Position numbers and translations under genes: made by a program | Assembly (NCBI GenBank): GCA_964515515.1 | Contig: CAZERT010000001.1 | Coordinates: 1 to 62,853, forward strand | Direction of reading: 5' to 3' | Length of the DNA: 62,853 nt | Source of the DNA: an uncultured Gammaproteobacteria bacterium | GTDB taxonomy: Bacteria > Patescibacteriota > Microgenomatia > UBA10105 > UBA927 | Part shown: in pieces, positions 47,683-57,600 of the stretch | Layout: every line of letters starts with the position of its first letter | Position numbering within the stretch: position 1 is the first letter of the stretch | The notes under the pieces: model-generated | Database searches by the model: none | The model's input: the letters and a program-made list of their open reading frames with translations, nothing else | Told to the model about the DNA's origin: nothing

Positions 47683-48471
47683 CTATTGTATCATTTCCAT
47701 CCGGTGGGGGAAAAATAACGCAAGTGCATTCGCTGTCGTTTCCTGTTCAACGGTTTTTTTGGGAATCCCGTAAAGTTGGGAAACGGAATCTGCAATCAAC
47801 TGGATATACTTTGGTTCATTGCGTTCCCCGCGATGGGGAGCGGGGGGCAAATATGGGGAATCCGTTTCCAAAAGAATGCTGGATAATGGAATCGTTTGTA
47901 TGACTTCCCGTAGTTTTTTCGCGTATGTACTGTTTCCGTCAATTCCAATATACAAACCGCGGATAAGGGCTTTTTGTCCGTCTTCCCGGGTTCCTGAAAA
48001 ACAATGGATAACTCCCTGTGGCATGGTAGGCAGCGCGTCAAGAACGTCAAATAGGTCAGAAAAAGCATCCCTGCAATGGATGATAACCGGAAGATTATGT
48101 CGTATGGCAAATTGACATTGCAGAAAAAATGCCTGTTTTTGATCGTCTTTTTTCCCCGGTACGTCAAACCCTTTATATAGATGATAATCCAGACCGCACT
48201 CTCCAATAGCAACAATCCCTTCGGGGCGAATGGATGAAAGAAATTCATCTATGGATCCGTTTCTGGTTGCCTCATAAGGATGTATGCCGCATGCTGGGGA
48301 AAGTACATCCGGACGCGACATGGCAAGGTGCAGTGCATCCACCGATGATGCATAGCCGGCTCCCGGAACGATGATGCGTTTAACACCCGCTTTTTTGGCG
48401 TTTGCGATGACGGTGTCCCGATCAGGATCAAATTTGGTATCGGCAAGATGACAATGGGTATCGACAAACAT
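47683..48471 (-). CDS. tatD: TatD-family metal-dependent hydrolase
   Basis: MFVDTHCHL ... IGECGLDY ... IHCR ... ETDSPYL. Confidence 0.9.
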   Translation of the reverse strand: MFVDTHCHLADTKFDPDRDTVIANAKKAGVKRIIVPGAGYASSVDALHLAMSRPDVLSPACGIHPYEATRNGSIDEFLSSIRPEGIVAIGECGLDYHLYKGFDVPGKKDDQKQAFFLQCQFAIRHNLPVIIHCRDAFSDLFDVLDALPTMPQGVIHCFSGTREDGQKALIRGLYIGIDGNSTYAKKLREVIQTIPLSSILLETDSPYLPPAPHRGERNEPKYIQLIADSVSQLYGIPKKTVEQETTANALALFFPHRMEMIQ

Positions 48472-48513
48472 GAGGCTTCATTGTACAGCAACAAATTGGC
48501 AAATGGTACTCTA

Positions 48514-48948
48514 TTACAGATGAAGGATAATGGTTACAGGCCCGTCATTAACAGATGATACTTCCATATGTTGCCCAAACATTCCCGTTTTGCACGTAAT
48601 ACCACGTGTTTGAATTTCGGAAACGAAAAGCGCAATGAGTGTTTGGGCCATTTCCGGGGGTGCAGCCCCAAAGAAACTTGGTCGTCGTCCTGTCGTATCC
48701 GCACAGAGGGTAAATTGGGAGATAACCAAGAGTTCCCCTCCGGTTGATTGAATGGATGCGTTAATAGGGTGTGTGTCATCGGACATGATCCGTAAATGGA
48801 TGATTTTTTCCGCAGCTTTTTTGATAATGTTTTCCGTATCTGTTTTTTCGATACACACATACAAAAGATACCCGCGGTCAATGGAAGTGACCGGTTTTTT
48901 ATTGACGGATACGGATGCCTGTAAAACCCGTTGAACGATAATTTTCAT
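48514..48948 (-). CDS. dtd: D-aminoacyl-tRNA deacylase
   Basis: MKIIVQRV ... SQFTLCADT..GRRPSF. Confidence 0.92.
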   Translation of the reverse strand: MKIIVQRVLQASVSVNKKPVTSIDRGYLLYVCIEKTDTENIIKKAAEKIIHLRIMSDDTHPINASIQSTGGELLVISQFTLCADTTGRRPSFFGAAPPEMAQTLIALFVSEIQTRGITCKTGMFGQHMEVSSVNDGPVTIILHL

Positions 48949-50105
48949 ATATTCATTGTTGATGTTTTTAAATCAGGTGCAGACACCAAAATCCGATAGA
49001 CAAGCATTCCCCATAAGATCATGCCACCATATGTTTGGTGTGACCAGAGCGGTTTCCAGAGAGCATGTGGGGTAACAACGTTGACCGCAATCAGAAGATA
49101 CGAAACACCGATAAGCAGACGTGAGAAGGAATTTGTAAATCCATACCGTGGGCACAGGAGAATAAAAAAAGCAGGGAGCGTAAGGATAAAATGATGCTGC
49201 CAAGCAAAGGTATTGATAAGGAGGGATGAAATGATGGAAAGAATGACGCCCAGGGCGTATTTTTTTTCATGTAGATCGGAAATAAGAAGCAGTGGGGAGA
49301 GAAGAATAAGAGAATACAAGCCCGTTAAGGTTTGTGTAAGGTCAGGATCGGTGATTAACCGTGCAATCATGCCCGGTATGGATTGGTTAAAGTAATCGGT
49401 TTTAGGGGAATGGAGAAGGTGGGGGAGGGTGGAAGATATAAAAGTCCACACAATAGAAGGTCCGGTTGCAAAAAGCGTAATGGCTCCGATTATCGCAAGA
49501 GCGTAGGATGTGAAAAAAAGTACCTTCCATTTTTTTTGGAATATAAGGAAAAGGATAAGCACCCCAGGAAAGAGTTTTGTGGATATGGAAAGCGCAAGGA
49601 ATATGCCGGCTGCACGATCATTTCCTTTTTTGGAAAAATAGAGAAACAGTGACATCAAAAGAAGCACAATGCCGTTAATTTGCCCCATGCCGAAGGTAAA
49701 TTTAGCAGGAAAAAACGTTGCTAAAAGGATGCCAAGGAGTGTGATCCGAAGGATCAGAGGATGTGATTTTGCATAAAGGGAATGGAGTATGAGAAGCGAA
49801 ACGAGATATGCTCCCATGGAGCATACGGTAAAGATCCGCTCTGCCAGTTGGAATGGGAAAGCGGTGATTGGGTAGAAGAAAAGAAGCAGTGATGGAGGAT
49901 AGACAAAGGGTGTAAAAAAGTGTTTTCCGCCCGCATACGGATTTTCGCCGTTTGCCGCTGCAAGGGACCCGTAATAATAACTGGAAAAATCAGGAAATGA
50001 AGTTGACACAAAAAGCGGTTTGAAGAAATAAAAAATACCCACCAAAAGAGTGCACAAGGCAACAACCCAAAGAATTGTGTTCTTCTTTTGTATGATTTGG
50101 TTCAT
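48945..50105 (-). CDS. DUF2029 / GT87-like membrane glycosyltransferase
   Basis: The N-terminal motif is FPDFSSYYYGSLAAANGENPY and the protein is multi-pass. It has ATGA overlaps with both metG and dtd. Confidence 0.7.
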   Translation of the reverse strand: MNQIIQKKNTILWVVALCTLLVGIFYFFKPLFVSTSFPDFSSYYYGSLAAANGENPYAGGKHFFTPFVYPPSLLLFFYPITAFPFQLAERIFTVCSMGAYLVSLLILHSLYAKSHPLILRITLLGILLATFFPAKFTFGMGQINGIVLLLMSLFLYFSKKGNDRAAGIFLALSISTKLFPGVLILFLIFQKKWKVLFFTSYALAIIGAITLFATGPSIVWTFISSTLPHLLHSPKTDYFNQSIPGMIARLITDPDLTQTLTGLYSLILLSPLLLISDLHEKKYALGVILSIISSLLINTFAWQHHFILTLPAFFILLCPRYGFTNSFSRLLIGVSYLLIAVNVVTPHALWKPLWSHQTYGGMILWGMLVYRILVSAPDLKTSTMNI

Positions 50106-51562
50106 GCTTTTTCTTGTATCCGTGGAAACAGCACAGGAGATGGTTGTATCGGCCGGATTGTCAAAATTTGGATGATTTTTTCCGATGTTTCCGGCATAAA
50201 TGGTGACAAAAGTACGGCACACTCGACAAGAGGATGAAGAATTGATTCACACACGGTCGTTTTTTCTTTTCCAGAAAGTTTCCATGGGGCATGTGCGTCC
50301 AGACTTCGGTCCAAATTCCGTATCTTCTCCCATATGGCAGCAAGTGCCTCATCAAAACGGTATGCAATCAGAGCTTTTTTATAGGGAGTCCATTCTTCCC
50401 GGGTAAGAAGCGATAGATATGTTGGGATATTACTTGGCGGTACCGCAGGATCGGTTTGGGATGATAATTTCGCAATGCGAGCGACCAGATTTCCAAGTCC
50501 ATTTGCCAGATCCGCGTTATAGAGTTCCGTGAGCCGTTTTTTGGAAAAATCCCCATCGGAAAACGGGGGGATTTCCCGTGTCAGATAATAGCGGAGCGCA
50601 TCGGCTCCGAATTCATCAATTATCTCATTGGGGTCGATGACATTTCCGAGTGTTTTGCTCATCTTTTGTCCATTAACGGTAAAATATCCATGAACAAAGA
50701 TTGTTTTTGGGAGGGAAAGTCCTGCGGACAGGAGAAATGCCGGCCAATAGACGGCATGGAATCTGGTTATTCCTTTTCCTATCACATGGATATCTGCAGG
50801 CCACCACGAGGAATATTTTTTTTCATCCCATCCGAATCCGATTCCAGATTGGTAAATATTAAGCGCATCGAACCACACGTACATCCGTTGGGAATCATCA
50901 CCCGGTACCGGCACTCCCCAATTTTTTGCCCGTTCGTTCGTACGGGAAATGCTGATATCCTGAAGCGGTTGGGAAAGAAATGACAATACCTCTTTTTTCC
51001 GGAATTCCGGAACGATGGTGATTTCATCCCGTTGTATGAGGTCTATGAGTTGTTGTTGGTATTTGGAGAGCCTGAAAAAGTAGTTTACTTCCCTGACAAT
51101 TTCCAGTTTTTTCCCCGGATGTTCAAAACACTGCCCGTTTTCATCCAGGTCCTCTTTTGCATAAAACGCTTCACATCCCAGACAATATAATCCTTCATAT
51201 TCCTTTGTGTAGATATCACCCCGTGCGTTACAGAGTGACCATAATTTTTGGCTTGCAGGAAAGTGTTTTTCCTGGTCGCTGCCTTTTTGGAATACGTCAA
51301 ATTGAACATGTAACCGTTTTGCAATAGCGGCAAAAAGCTCTGCATTTGTATCGATAAATTTCTGAATGGGAATACCTTTTTCCGATGCAGCCGTTACATT
51401 TTTAAGGGCATTTTCATCCGAACCGGATAGAAGAAGAGTGGTATCACCCATACGTTTGTGAATTCGCGCAAGTACATCTGCTTGGACGAACTCTAGGGTA
51501 TGTCCGATATGGGGAGCGGCGTTCACATATGGGATTGCCGTGGTTATGTAAAATTTTGCCAT
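50102..51562 (-). CDS. metG: Methionine--tRNA ligase (short form)
   Basis: The HIGH motif is in PYVNAAPHIGH and the KMSKS motif is KMSKT. The start was trimmed to MAKFYITT. Confidence 0.93.
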   Translation of the reverse strand: MAKFYITTAIPYVNAAPHIGHTLEFVQADVLARIHKRMGDTTLLLSGSDENALKNVTAASEKGIPIQKFIDTNAELFAAIAKRLHVQFDVFQKGSDQEKHFPASQKLWSLCNARGDIYTKEYEGLYCLGCEAFYAKEDLDENGQCFEHPGKKLEIVREVNYFFRLSKYQQQLIDLIQRDEITIVPEFRKKEVLSFLSQPLQDISISRTNERAKNWGVPVPGDDSQRMYVWFDALNIYQSGIGFGWDEKKYSSWWPADIHVIGKGITRFHAVYWPAFLLSAGLSLPKTIFVHGYFTVNGQKMSKTLGNVIDPNEIIDEFGADALRYYLTREIPPFSDGDFSKKRLTELYNADLANGLGNLVARIAKLSSQTDPAVPPSNIPTYLSLLTREEWTPYKKALIAYRFDEALAAIWEKIRNLDRSLDAHAPWKLSGKEKTTVCESILHPLVECAVLLSPFMPETSEKIIQILTIRPIQPSPVLFPRIQEKA

Positions 51563-51593
51563 AGCGCCATTGTAGCGATTTACCCTTTTCTCA

Positions 51594-51908
51594 TCAATCA
51601 GAGTCGGATTGTTTTTGGATCGCCATATGTTCGATGGAAAGAAGGGTGAGGGCAAATAAAATAGGATACAGGATATGCCGAAGGCCGATAAAACGAAGGA
51701 GAAGCGACCCGGTTATAAACAGGGACACAAGGATTCCGCGCCGGACTGAAAGGAAGAGTGTAAATCCGAGTGCGTATGCCCCGGTAAAAACTGCAAGAAA
51801 AAATCCCATGAGGGAAAGAAAAGAAGCAGGTGGTACCGTTTGAAAAAGCCATCCGATGACGCTTCCGCAAAGGACAAAAACGATTGCTGAGGGAATTCTT
51901 TTTTCCAT
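51594..51908 (-). CDS. Small membrane protein, hypothetical
   Basis: It has 3 TM helices. The start is uncertain (51908, 51923 or 51950). Confidence 0.5.
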   Translation of the reverse strand: MEKRIPSAIVFVLCGSVIGWLFQTVPPASFLSLMGFFLAVFTGAYALGFTLFLSVRRGILVSLFITGSLLLRFIGLRHILYPILFALTLLSIEHMAIQKQSDSD

Positions 51909-51967
51909 CGATTTTACTCCCATGTGTTTATTGTAGGTGGGAATACTCAATGCTACAATGAGCCGGT

Positions 51968-53005
51968 ATGGGGAGCGATATTTTTATCCTTGTGGGAATA
52001 CTTCTTGTTGGGTTATTACTTTTTTTTATTTTGCTCAAAGCGGAGCTTGCTAAACTTGCAAAACCCACACCCGATAATGAAGCATTGTTGCAATGGCTTC
52101 GCTCTATGGCAACCACGATTGATTCGACGAATAAAACGCTTCATGAAGCGCTTCGTGGATCCAACACGGAAATGACCAAAACACTTCAGGAAAGCACACG
52201 GCAGATGTCGGAACGATTGGAAAATGCATCAAAAGTTATCGGGGAACTTAAGCAAAATGTGGGGGAAATGTCCGAAGTCGGGAAGGGAATCAAAACACTT
52301 CAGGAGTTCCTCCAATCGCCAAAACTTCGTGGAAACATCGGGGAACAGGTTCTCTCGGATATGATTGGACAGGCGTTTCCCAAACAGGCATTTTCCCTGC
52401 AATATCAATTCCAAAGTGGTATGAAAGCCGATGCCGTACTAAAAACAGAGGCTGGATTGTTATGCATAGATTCGAAATTCCCGATGGAAAATTTTACCAA
52501 AATGCACCGGGGTGAAACGGAAAACGAACGGGATACGGCACGGAAAATGTTTTTCGGTGACGTCAAGAAGCATGTTGGCGATATCGCCAAAAAATACATT
52601 CTTCCCGATGAGGGAACGCTTGATTTTGCGCTCATGTATATCCCTTCCGAATCCGTTTATTATGAAATCGTGACGATGGATGATTTAATGGAGTATGCCA
52701 GGAATCTTCGCGTATATCCCGTTTCTCCAAATACGCTGTATGCACACCTTCAGGTGTTGCTTTTGTCATTTCAGGGAAAGGAATTGGAAAGGAAATCCCA
52801 GCAGATCATCAGGCATTTGCGTGCAATCGGAAGGGATTGGGAAAAGGTAAATGACCAACTTGGGGTTTTAGGAAAACATGTGACGAATGCATACAACAGC
52901 GTTGGCCCCATACAGACGGGATTTACCCAGCTTGGAGAGAAAATTTCCCGTTCACAGGAACTTGATGCTGGAGAGGTAAAACAGGAAGGAGGGTTACTTC
53001 AATGA
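51968..53005 (+). CDS. rmuC: DNA recombination protein RmuC
   Basis: It has an N-terminal TM helix and a coiled coil. The RmuC core includes KLRGNIGEQVL, IDSKFP and MYIPSE. Confidence 0.88.
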   Translation: MGSDIFILVGILLVGLLLFFILLKAELAKLAKPTPDNEALLQWLRSMATTIDSTNKTLHEALRGSNTEMTKTLQESTRQMSERLENASKVIGELKQNVGEMSEVGKGIKTLQEFLQSPKLRGNIGEQVLSDMIGQAFPKQAFSLQYQFQSGMKADAVLKTEAGLLCIDSKFPMENFTKMHRGETENERDTARKMFFGDVKKHVGDIAKKYILPDEGTLDFALMYIPSESVYYEIVTMDDLMEYARNLRVYPVSPNTLYAHLQVLLLSFQGKELERKSQQIIRHLRAIGRDWEKVNDQLGVLGKHVTNAYNSVGPIQTGFTQLGEKISRSQELDAGEVKQEGGLLQ

Positions 53006-53466
53006 TTACAGAAGGAATACCTGCTCCTGATTTTTCCCTTCCCGATCAAAACGGAGTCATACATAGGCTTTCTCAATATAAAGGATCGTGGGTTGTCATC
53101 TATTTTTATCCGAAGGATGATACCCCGGGCTGCACCAAAGAGGCGTGTGGATTTCGCGATTCATATGATCAATTCCAGGATAAAAATATTATTATTTTAG
53201 GGATATCAAAGGATACAGTTTCCTCACATGATAGGTTTGTACGTAAATACTCCCTCCCGTTTCCGATCCTTTCCGATCCGGATGCAATAGGTATTGGGTT
53301 GTATGGGGCATGGGGAAAAAAGAAATTTATGGGACGAGAATTTGAGGGGGTATTGCGGAATACCGTTTTGATCCGCCCCGACGGAACGGTTGGGAAAATA
53401 TTTCGTTCAGTTACCCCCGCAACACATGCGCAGGAAATTCTTCAGGAAATGATAACCATGAAGTAA
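53002..53466 (+). CDS. bcp: Thioredoxin-dependent peroxiredoxin Bcp
   Basis: FYPKDDTPGCTKEAC. It has an ATGA overlap with rmuC. Confidence 0.9.
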   Translation: MITEGIPAPDFSLPDQNGVIHRLSQYKGSWVVIYFYPKDDTPGCTKEACGFRDSYDQFQDKNIIILGISKDTVSSHDRFVRKYSLPFPILSDPDAIGIGLYGAWGKKKFMGREFEGVLRNTVLIRPDGTVGKIFRSVTPATHAQEILQEMITMK

Positions 53467-53480
53467 CGGTGTATCAATCG

Positions 53481-53960
53481 TTATGATTTCCGCCGCTTTT
53501 TGTCCGCAAGCAGTTTTTTCTGGATCATCCCCATTGCGCGCTTGATATCATCAAGATCTTTTTGGATATCTTCCACTTCCCGTTCCGCTTCCTGATCTTC
53601 CATATCTTCTTCCATATCGCGTACCGTATCGATGAGTGCTTGGCGGTTTTGTGCAACCATAATAAAAGTAGAAAGGAAGATTGCCTCCAGGGAAACGATC
53701 ATGGTTAAAAGACCATATGGAAACGGATCAAATGGATGGATGAAGGGAGCTGCATACCCCTGATTGATAAGAATCCAAGAGCCAAACCAAAGAACATGGA
53801 CATATGCAAACGGCATGCTTCCCGAAAGAGCCGTAATTTTTTCCGCAAGATTTCCTTCCATGGAATGGATGTTTTTGGATAGTTTTTGGATCATTTGTTT
53901 CTGTTTTGTAGACATAAGAAATCCAGACAAAGGATGGATGATTGAGGAAAAGGAAGACAA
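53481..53960 (-). CDS. DUF1003-family membrane protein
   Basis: FDPFPYGLLTMIVSLEAIFLSTFIMVAQNRQA. The start is uncertain. Confidence 0.7.
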   Translation of the reverse strand: MSSFSSIIHPLSGFLMSTKQKQMIQKLSKNIHSMEGNLAEKITALSGSMPFAYVHVLWFGSWILINQGYAAPFIHPFDPFPYGLLTMIVSLEAIFLSTFIMVAQNRQALIDTVRDMEEDMEDQEAEREVEDIQKDLDDIKRAMGMIQKKLLADKKRRKS

Positions 53961-54110
53961 ACGAATGTTACTGCAAGTGTTTCGAATCCGTTTTGTTGTA
54001 TGTTTTAGCTAAAAGGGATCCAAAAGACGTGTAGAAAATTGTATATCTTAAAATTTTCCCTTACAGGAGTATACGGGAAATTCCATTCTGGAAACAGAGG
54101 GAAAAATGAA

Positions 54111-54656
54111 TTACTGTCCGATTGTTTTCTTGCATCCTGGCCAAGGATCAAAGCCGGAAACTGAAATTTTATACGCTGCAGTTTTTATTGCCTGCTCAGG
54201 ATTCATCCTGAGTGCGGGATCGGGATCTGCTCCCATGGCTTGTCTGGTAGAGATCCATGTAGAAGAGGAAAATTGATACAAACCAACATACGGTCCATTG
54301 ACGGCATTGGTTTTAAGCATCGATTCACATGCCGCAAGTGCGAATAATTTCATTCGATCTAATCCATACTCTTTTGCATACCTTTCAAACCACCCATCAA
54401 GATCCCCTTGGGAAACTGGGATTGGGGTTGGCGTTGGTGTTGCGGTTGGAAGCGGAGTAGGTGTTTGTGTTGGTAAGGGTGTCGGAGTGGGAGTTGGCAG
54501 TGGTGTTGCGGTTGGTTTTGGTGTCGGGGTTGGTGGTGGAGTAGGTGTTGGGGGAAGAATAACGTTTTTTATCCGTGTGACGGCAGGGGGGACATATCCA
54601 CGAAATGTAAATACACTCCCGACAAGAAAAAGACTGATAATCATCCATGGCTTCAT
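54111..54656 (-). CDS. Secreted lysozyme-like (transglycosylase/SLT-like) protein with a Pro-Thr linker
   Basis: It has a signal/anchor segment and a long PTPTP linker. The C-terminal domain is AACESMLKTNAVNGPYVGLYQFSSSTW. Confidence 0.7.
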   Translation of the reverse strand: MKPWMIISLFLVGSVFTFRGYVPPAVTRIKNVILPPTPTPPPTPTPKPTATPLPTPTPTPLPTQTPTPLPTATPTPTPIPVSQGDLDGWFERYAKEYGLDRMKLFALAACESMLKTNAVNGPYVGLYQFSSSTWISTRQAMGADPDPALRMNPEQAIKTAAYKISVSGFDPWPGCKKTIGQ

Positions 54657-57600
54657 GTGATTCTGGACAGTATAGCATTTCGGGGTATAATTTCCGTATT
54701 GTGGTACCCGTTCCCCCCCAAAAAAGAATTTTAAATACAGAGCAACGCCAGGCGGTTCGTTTTGGGAAAGGACCGCTTCTTATTATTGCCGGAGCCGGAA
54801 CAGGGAAAACGACTGTTATTACGGAGCGTATTGCATATCTTATTGAAAAAAAGAAAGCACGCCCCGAAGAAATTCTTGCCCTTACTTTTACCCAAAAGGC
54901 AAGCCGGGAAATGGAAGAACGCGTTGATCTTCTGGTTCCATACGGCGCAACCCAGATGTGGATTTTAACCTTCCATGGATTTTGTGACCGGGTGCTAAAA
55001 GCGGAAGCATTGATATTGGGCCTTAACCCCGGATATACGCTTGTAACGGAATCGGAATCCATTCAGTTGGTCCAAAACCATATCTTCCAGTTTCCGCTTT
55101 CTACACTTCGTCCTTTGGGGAATCCGACGAAATTTGTCGAAGGGATGATTACCCATTTTTCCCGGCTCAAGGATGAGGATATATCTCAGGCACAGTATGA
55201 GACGTGGGCAAAAAAACAGGTGAAAAATGCGAGCACCCCGGAAGAGTGTGAGCAGGCGGAACAATACCTTGAACTTGCCCATGCCATGAAGACATATGAA
55301 GAAATAAAACTGAAGGAAAACGTTCTTGATTTCTCAGACTTGGTGGAAAAAACGCTTTGTTTACTGCGGAATCATCCATCGGTTTTGGCAAAATATCAAC
55401 GGCAATTCAAATATGTGCTTGTGGATGAATACCAGGATACGAATTTTGCCCAGAATGAACTGGCAATGCTGCTGGCGCGTCCGGAAAATAATCTCAATGT
55501 CTGTGGAGATGATGACCAGTCGATTTACAAATGGCGTGGTGCCGCAATATCCAATATTATCCAGTTCCGTACGCAGTTTCCGAAAGCAAAAATCGTCGTG
55601 TTGACAAAAAATTACCGAAGTGTTCAGTCTGTACTAGATAGTTCATACAGGCTTATTCAACACAACAATCCGGACCGTTTGGAAGTGGCGGAGAATATCG
55701 ATAAACGCCTGGAATGTATGAGGAGAATACGTGGGGAACCCATACGGTATGTGTATGAAGATCGGGTGGAGGATGAGGCGGAAGAAGTAGCGAAAACAAT
55801 TCTTGCGCTCACCCGGGGCGAACTTGGCACGTATGAACCTAAAGATATTGCCATTCTTGTCCGGGCAAATTCCCATGCGGAACCGTTTGTGCGAAGCATG
55901 CTTCGTCGTGGGGTACCGTATCAGTTTTTGGGACCCGGGCAGTTGTTTAAGCAACCGGAAGTGAAGGATCTGATTGCGTATCTTCTATTTCTTTCCGATG
56001 TTTCCGATTCCATATCACTGTACCGCATCATGACCATGGAACAGTTTACCATTCCTAGCCGCGATATTGCACTGCTTTTATCCTGGTCAAAGCGAAGCGG
56101 AAAAAGTCTGTATGAAACCGTCGAATCGGCCGTGCATGCCTATGTCCATACCCCAAAACAAACGCAGATCGAGAAAGAGGATCATGACGGCCAGAGGATT
56201 GAAGAAAATGGACTATCGCTTGATGGTAACGAGTCGTTGCAGCGGTTGTTTACCCTGATTTCCGGACACCTTGCAAAAATCAGGACCGATACGGCAGGAC
56301 AGATTTTGTATGATTTTCTGGTTGAAAGCGGACTGATGAAATCGTTTACGAGCGTTTCCACAAAGAAAGAACAGAGTCAGGCGGATAACATCGCAAAGTT
56401 TTTCGACAAGATCAAAAGCTACGAAGCAACGCATAGTGAAGCTGGTGTTTTTGCAGTTTCCGAGTGGATTCAACTGGCGATGAATCTTGGGGAATCACCG
56501 ACAGCTTCGGATATGGATTGGACGGCAAACAATGCAGTCAACATCCTCACGGTCCATTCGGCAAAAGGGCTTGAATTTCCCGTCGTGTTTGTCGTTAACC
56601 TTGTATCAGCACGCTTCCCGACAACACAAAAACGGGAGCAACTTCCAATTCCCGATGCCCTGATTCGTGAACTTCTTCCTGTGGGAGATGCTCACCTTGA
56701 GGAAGAACGGCGTCTTATGTATGTGGCAATGACGCGTGCACGTGATAGGCTCTACTTGACTGCGGCAAATTATTATGGCGAGGGGAAACGAGAAAAGAAG
56801 TTGTCTCCGTTTCTTGCTGAAGCACTTGGGGATGAAATTCACAATACGCCGGCTCATCCAAGGGAGCAGGACCCGCAACTCCGTCTGCTGGATTTTGCAA
56901 AACCAAAAGAAGCAGACGTTATATCGGAGGAAAAAAAGCGAAGCATTACGTATATCTCCTATTCGCAGTTTGAAACATTCCATACTTGTCCGTTGCAATA
57001 TAAATACCGGTATATCATGCGCGTTCCCGTTATGCAGACTCCGGCACTTCTGTTTGGCGATACGATTCACAGAACCATCCGGTTGTTTTATGAGGATTTT
57101 CGCGTAAAAAAACCGGTTTCAAAGGAATTATTGCTGGAATATTATGGGCAACAATTCCCGTCAGGAAAATATCGTCACAGGGCGTATGAACAGTCGCTCT
57201 TTGATCACGGAAAAGAACTTTTGGAAGGATATTATGAGAAAACATTTGACCCCACCGTCCATGTTCTTGCCTTGGAACAGCCGTTTAAAATCCACATGAA
57301 ACAATCCTTGTTTATGGGTGGAAAAATCGATAGGGTAGATCAGCTTCCCGACGGAACGATTGAAATTATCGATTACAAAACCGGAACCGCACCAAAACGC
57401 CGGGATGCAACATCCGATTTCCAATTATCCGTCTATACTCTTGCTGCAAGCGATCCATCACTGTATGGGAAAAATGCAAATGATATCCGGGTATCGCTGT
57501 ATTTTTTTGAAGGACAGCAGAAGGTAACCGCAACACGGACAAAGGAACAGGCAGATGAAGTGAAGGAAGAGGTCAAAAAGATTGCAGAATCCATAGAGAA

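Noticed and set aside
54400-54545. A degenerate short-period DNA repeat (ggtgttgg / ggagtagg units). I considered a tandem-repeat element or CRISPR-like array.
   Set aside because: The units are irregular, lack spacers and encode a (P-T-P)n low-complexity linker. Similar Pro/Thr linkers occur in 41469-42398 and at the C-terminus of 3696-6107. This is coding low complexity, not a repeat element.
54298-55062. ORFs 54298-54660 (+) and 54397-55062 (-), rich in Gly/Val or Thr/Asn repeats.
   Set aside because: They are alternative-frame or antisense readings of the Pro-Thr linker of the SLT-like gene and of the helicase 5' end. The PTPTP frame joins a signal peptide to a lysozyme-like domain and is the real one.
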